Of a stretch of DNA of 64,000 nt, positions 61,614 through 64,000 are shown piece by piece. The stretch spans positions 57,972,001-58,036,000 of the forward strand of contig NC_086097.1 in the NCBI RefSeq assembly GCF_963921235.1, written 5' to 3'. How positions within the stretch are numbered: the first letter of the stretch is position 1; each line of letters opens with the position of its first letter. This DNA is from Mobula hypostoma (taxonomy: Eukaryota). Below the pieces are notes generated by a model. The model had not been told where the DNA came from and ran no database searches. It saw only the letters and a list, made by a program, of their open reading frames with translations. The translations under genes and the position numbers were made by a program.

Positions 61614-64000
61614 GGTTTATGTTTTGTAACTTCAAAACACTAACCTAATTAGAAAACAAAAGCAATGGTGTCCTAAATGATGTGAGTTTTAGTTTGTTCT
61701 TTACTTTATAAAGCGAGGCGTGCATGTTTCATGTGGTAGTGCGATGATGTATGTAGCTCGTGTATTTATATATATATAACCCGTAAGAATTATTTAAATG
61801 AATAAGAGTCCTTAATCAACCAATATATACATATGAGATTACTCAAATATTATTGAAATATTAAATGCACAACACTCCTCCCTGCCTGGCTATAAACCCC
61901 AACTCAATAGAAATTTCAACTATATACACAAAATACCATACAATACAACTACTATACAGTCATCCACAGGATGGTAAACTTTCAATTGTCCCATTCAGTC
62001 CTAAAGATTTAATCATTGTGGAGGATTTCTTACTCTTGTGGGATAACATCTTTCCTGACAAGGGGGTTGGGGGGGCCACTCTGTTTGGCAGGTGAGACCT
62101 GTGGCTGTGAAAACTATCTCAGGTTCCGGGGCTTCCTCCATGATGGTTGTAGGAGCTGATTCTGACAATGCATGAAATAGTTCTGACAGCTTTGGACACC
62201 TTTCTTTTCCTTCTTTCTTCTTCTTCTTCCTCCAGTTTATGCATCTTGATCTTCGGAAGGTACTTGTAGGTCACTGGAGTATTTGTCCTTCTATCACTCT
62301 CTTTAATTTCTGATCTCTCCTCTTTGTTTCCACATCTGCAATATCATTTGATGAATCCTCTATTTTCATATCTTCTTTGACTCCTTTCTTTTTGACCTTC
62401 CAGTCACCCAGGTGAGCTTTGGTCTTTGCATTCATTTTACAAGCAGCTTTTTGTCTCCTGCTTGAAGTTCACGCAATAACCTTAAGGTACACAGAGTAGA
62501 TTCTGGTTTTTTGAACTCACAAAAGCTGAATGTTTGCAACATTCCTGAAGCTCCTTGAGCTCTATTCCAGCTTAAAACCAAGACACATTTTGCAATGTGT
62601 AACTGCCTGATTAACATATCAGAAGCTTTCTCAAATATGTTGCATATGCAAGCTGTTGTAGTTGGACCCCATTTCTTTTGTCACTTCTATGATTCCTCTG
62701 AGCAACATGGCTCTTCCTTGGTCCAATATGCCTTCCTACCAGAGGTACAGAAGTTGGCACCAACATCTGTTGGCTCCCTTTTTGGTAATAGTTCATGATG
62801 TACAACAGGGAGACTGTTGTGGCATCATCCAATACTGCTCTTCATTCACTTTCAGTTGACTGTATTGCAGGGGATGTGGCACCGAAATGGTGGATGGATC
62901 TCCAACCAAGTTGTAGTTGTCTCAGCCACTCATGACCCTACAATGCAGGCCCATTGTGGCTTGCTGGTTGTTGTAGTTCACTGTCATGAATGCCTTTCCC
63001 ACAGGAGTTATCTTTTCTCCAGTATAAGTTCTCAGTTGGATATCTGTAGGCTTCAGTTTAGTATCTTGGAAATGCCATTCAAACTCATTTTGTGGAATGA
63101 CTGAAGCCACCAAGTCAGTGTCCAATTACATTTTAATTAATTTGCCATTCATTTCTGGTGTAAGCCATATTGCTTGTCTACTGTTAGCTTTTACATTGTA
63201 ATCCTCAAGATTAGCCAGTCCTATGTCACTCTCATCATTATCAAATTTTTCATCAACAGCATGAAGATTAATGCTTTTTTGAAGCTGCAACTGACTTTTT
63301 ATCTTTTTCTCTTTCCTATGCAGTCCATTTATTTCTATCTGCCTGACATACTTTTCATATGTCCTACTTTGCTGCATTTTCGGCAAGTTTCACCTTCAAA
63401 TCTGCATTGGTCTGGTGAATGTGAATTCCTACCACAATGGTAACACAATTTGTTTGGGCAAGCTAGCTTCTATTTAACACTGCAATTTTGTTCACACTCA
63501 CTTTCATTTCTGACTGCAACACTATTGCATCTCTGTCTGCTGTTTCTATTGGTACAGCTATTTCAACTTCTCTTTTAAATGTAAGTTGTGCTTCAGTTGG
63601 AAGCCGTTTTGAATGCTTTCTTGTAAGATTCTGCAAACTAAATGGTCTCTCAATGCATCACTAAGCCCATTGCCAAACTGACAAAGCTGAGACAACTTTT
63701 TCAATTCAGCCACATATGCTGAAATGAACTCACCTTCCTTTTGATTTCACTTATGAAACCTAAAGCATTCTGTAATCAACAACAGTGTTCCCGCATTATT
63801 TTCACAATATCAGCAAAGCTCATTTTGGCTGGTTTGGTTGGAGCAGTCAAACTTCGAAGCAAACTGTATGCATTAAAACCAAATACACACAGTAAAATTG
63901 GTACTAATTTCTTATTGGCTATTTCATTTGCTACAAAATTCTGTTTAATTAGCTCAGTACACATGAGCAAGTTACCCGCTGAGCAATCAAATGTGTCTAC
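61614..64000 (-). mobile_element. Gypsy LTR retrotransposon, copy B: gag, protease, captured insert, 3' region, PPT, 3' LTR; runs off the window
   Basis: Gag AYSLLRSLTAPTKPA, knuckle CYHCGRNSH..QCRF..ETCRKC.KVGH, protease-like IKM*LDTD..ASVIP and GHEWLRQLQL; PPT AGGGAGGAG at 61875-61883; LTR 61614-61874. RT, RNaseH and integrase are absent. Confidence 0.88.
62201..62766 (-). pseudogene. RBM25: Intronless partial retrocopy of RNA-binding protein 25 (RRM and flanks), disabled
   Basis: Reads MLVPTSVPLVGRHIGPRKSH / GPTTTACICNIFEKASDMLIRQLHIAKCVLVLSWNRAQGASGMLQTFSFCEFKKPESTLCTLRLLRELQAGDKKLLVK / AKTKAHLGDWKVKKK...ETKRRDQ...IE / YSSDLQVPS...RKKKKE. Collinear with recalled vertebrate RBM25 (GPTTTVFVGNISEKASDMLIRQLLAKCGLVLSWKRVQGASGKLQAFGFCEYKEPESTLRALRLL). 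Several frameshifts and a stop. Confidence 0.9.

Noticed and set aside
1..64000. CRISPR arrays, prokaryotic operons, retron- or DGR-type RT systems
   Set aside because: No regularly spaced repeats. All RTs belong to eukaryotic CR1, Rex1, L2, RTE, Penelope or Gypsy families, and the short tandem repeats are LINE tails.

Overview
Eukaryotic, repeat-dominated intronic or intergenic DNA. The repeat inventory (CR1 with esterase ORF1, Rex1/Babar, L2, RTE, Penelope-like elements, V-SINE, Gypsy, hAT, Tigger, Harbinger) points to a vertebrate, most likely a cartilaginous fish; that assignment is inference. I found no intact host protein-coding gene, and no tRNA, rRNA or CRISPR array. Most of the window is nested transposable elements, many with readable target-site duplications (TSDs). 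Main observations: (1) an intronless, disabled fragment of the splicing-factor mRNA RBM25 (RRM region) lies inside a Gypsy LTR retrotransposon, where RT/RNaseH/integrase should be (62.2-62.8 kb), consistent with LTR-mediated gene capture; (2) Penelope-like elements carry minimal hammerhead ribozyme motifs, and there are short fold-back derivatives of the same ends; (3) a hAT element closely resembles primate MER1/Charlie3; (4) a fossil two-gene Harbinger is scattered over about 12 kb; (5) a 10-kb nested TE stack sits inside an L2; (6) repeat-poor islands may be conserved regulatory DNA. All family names come from motif recognition by eye. No searches were run, and boundaries without TSDs are approximate.
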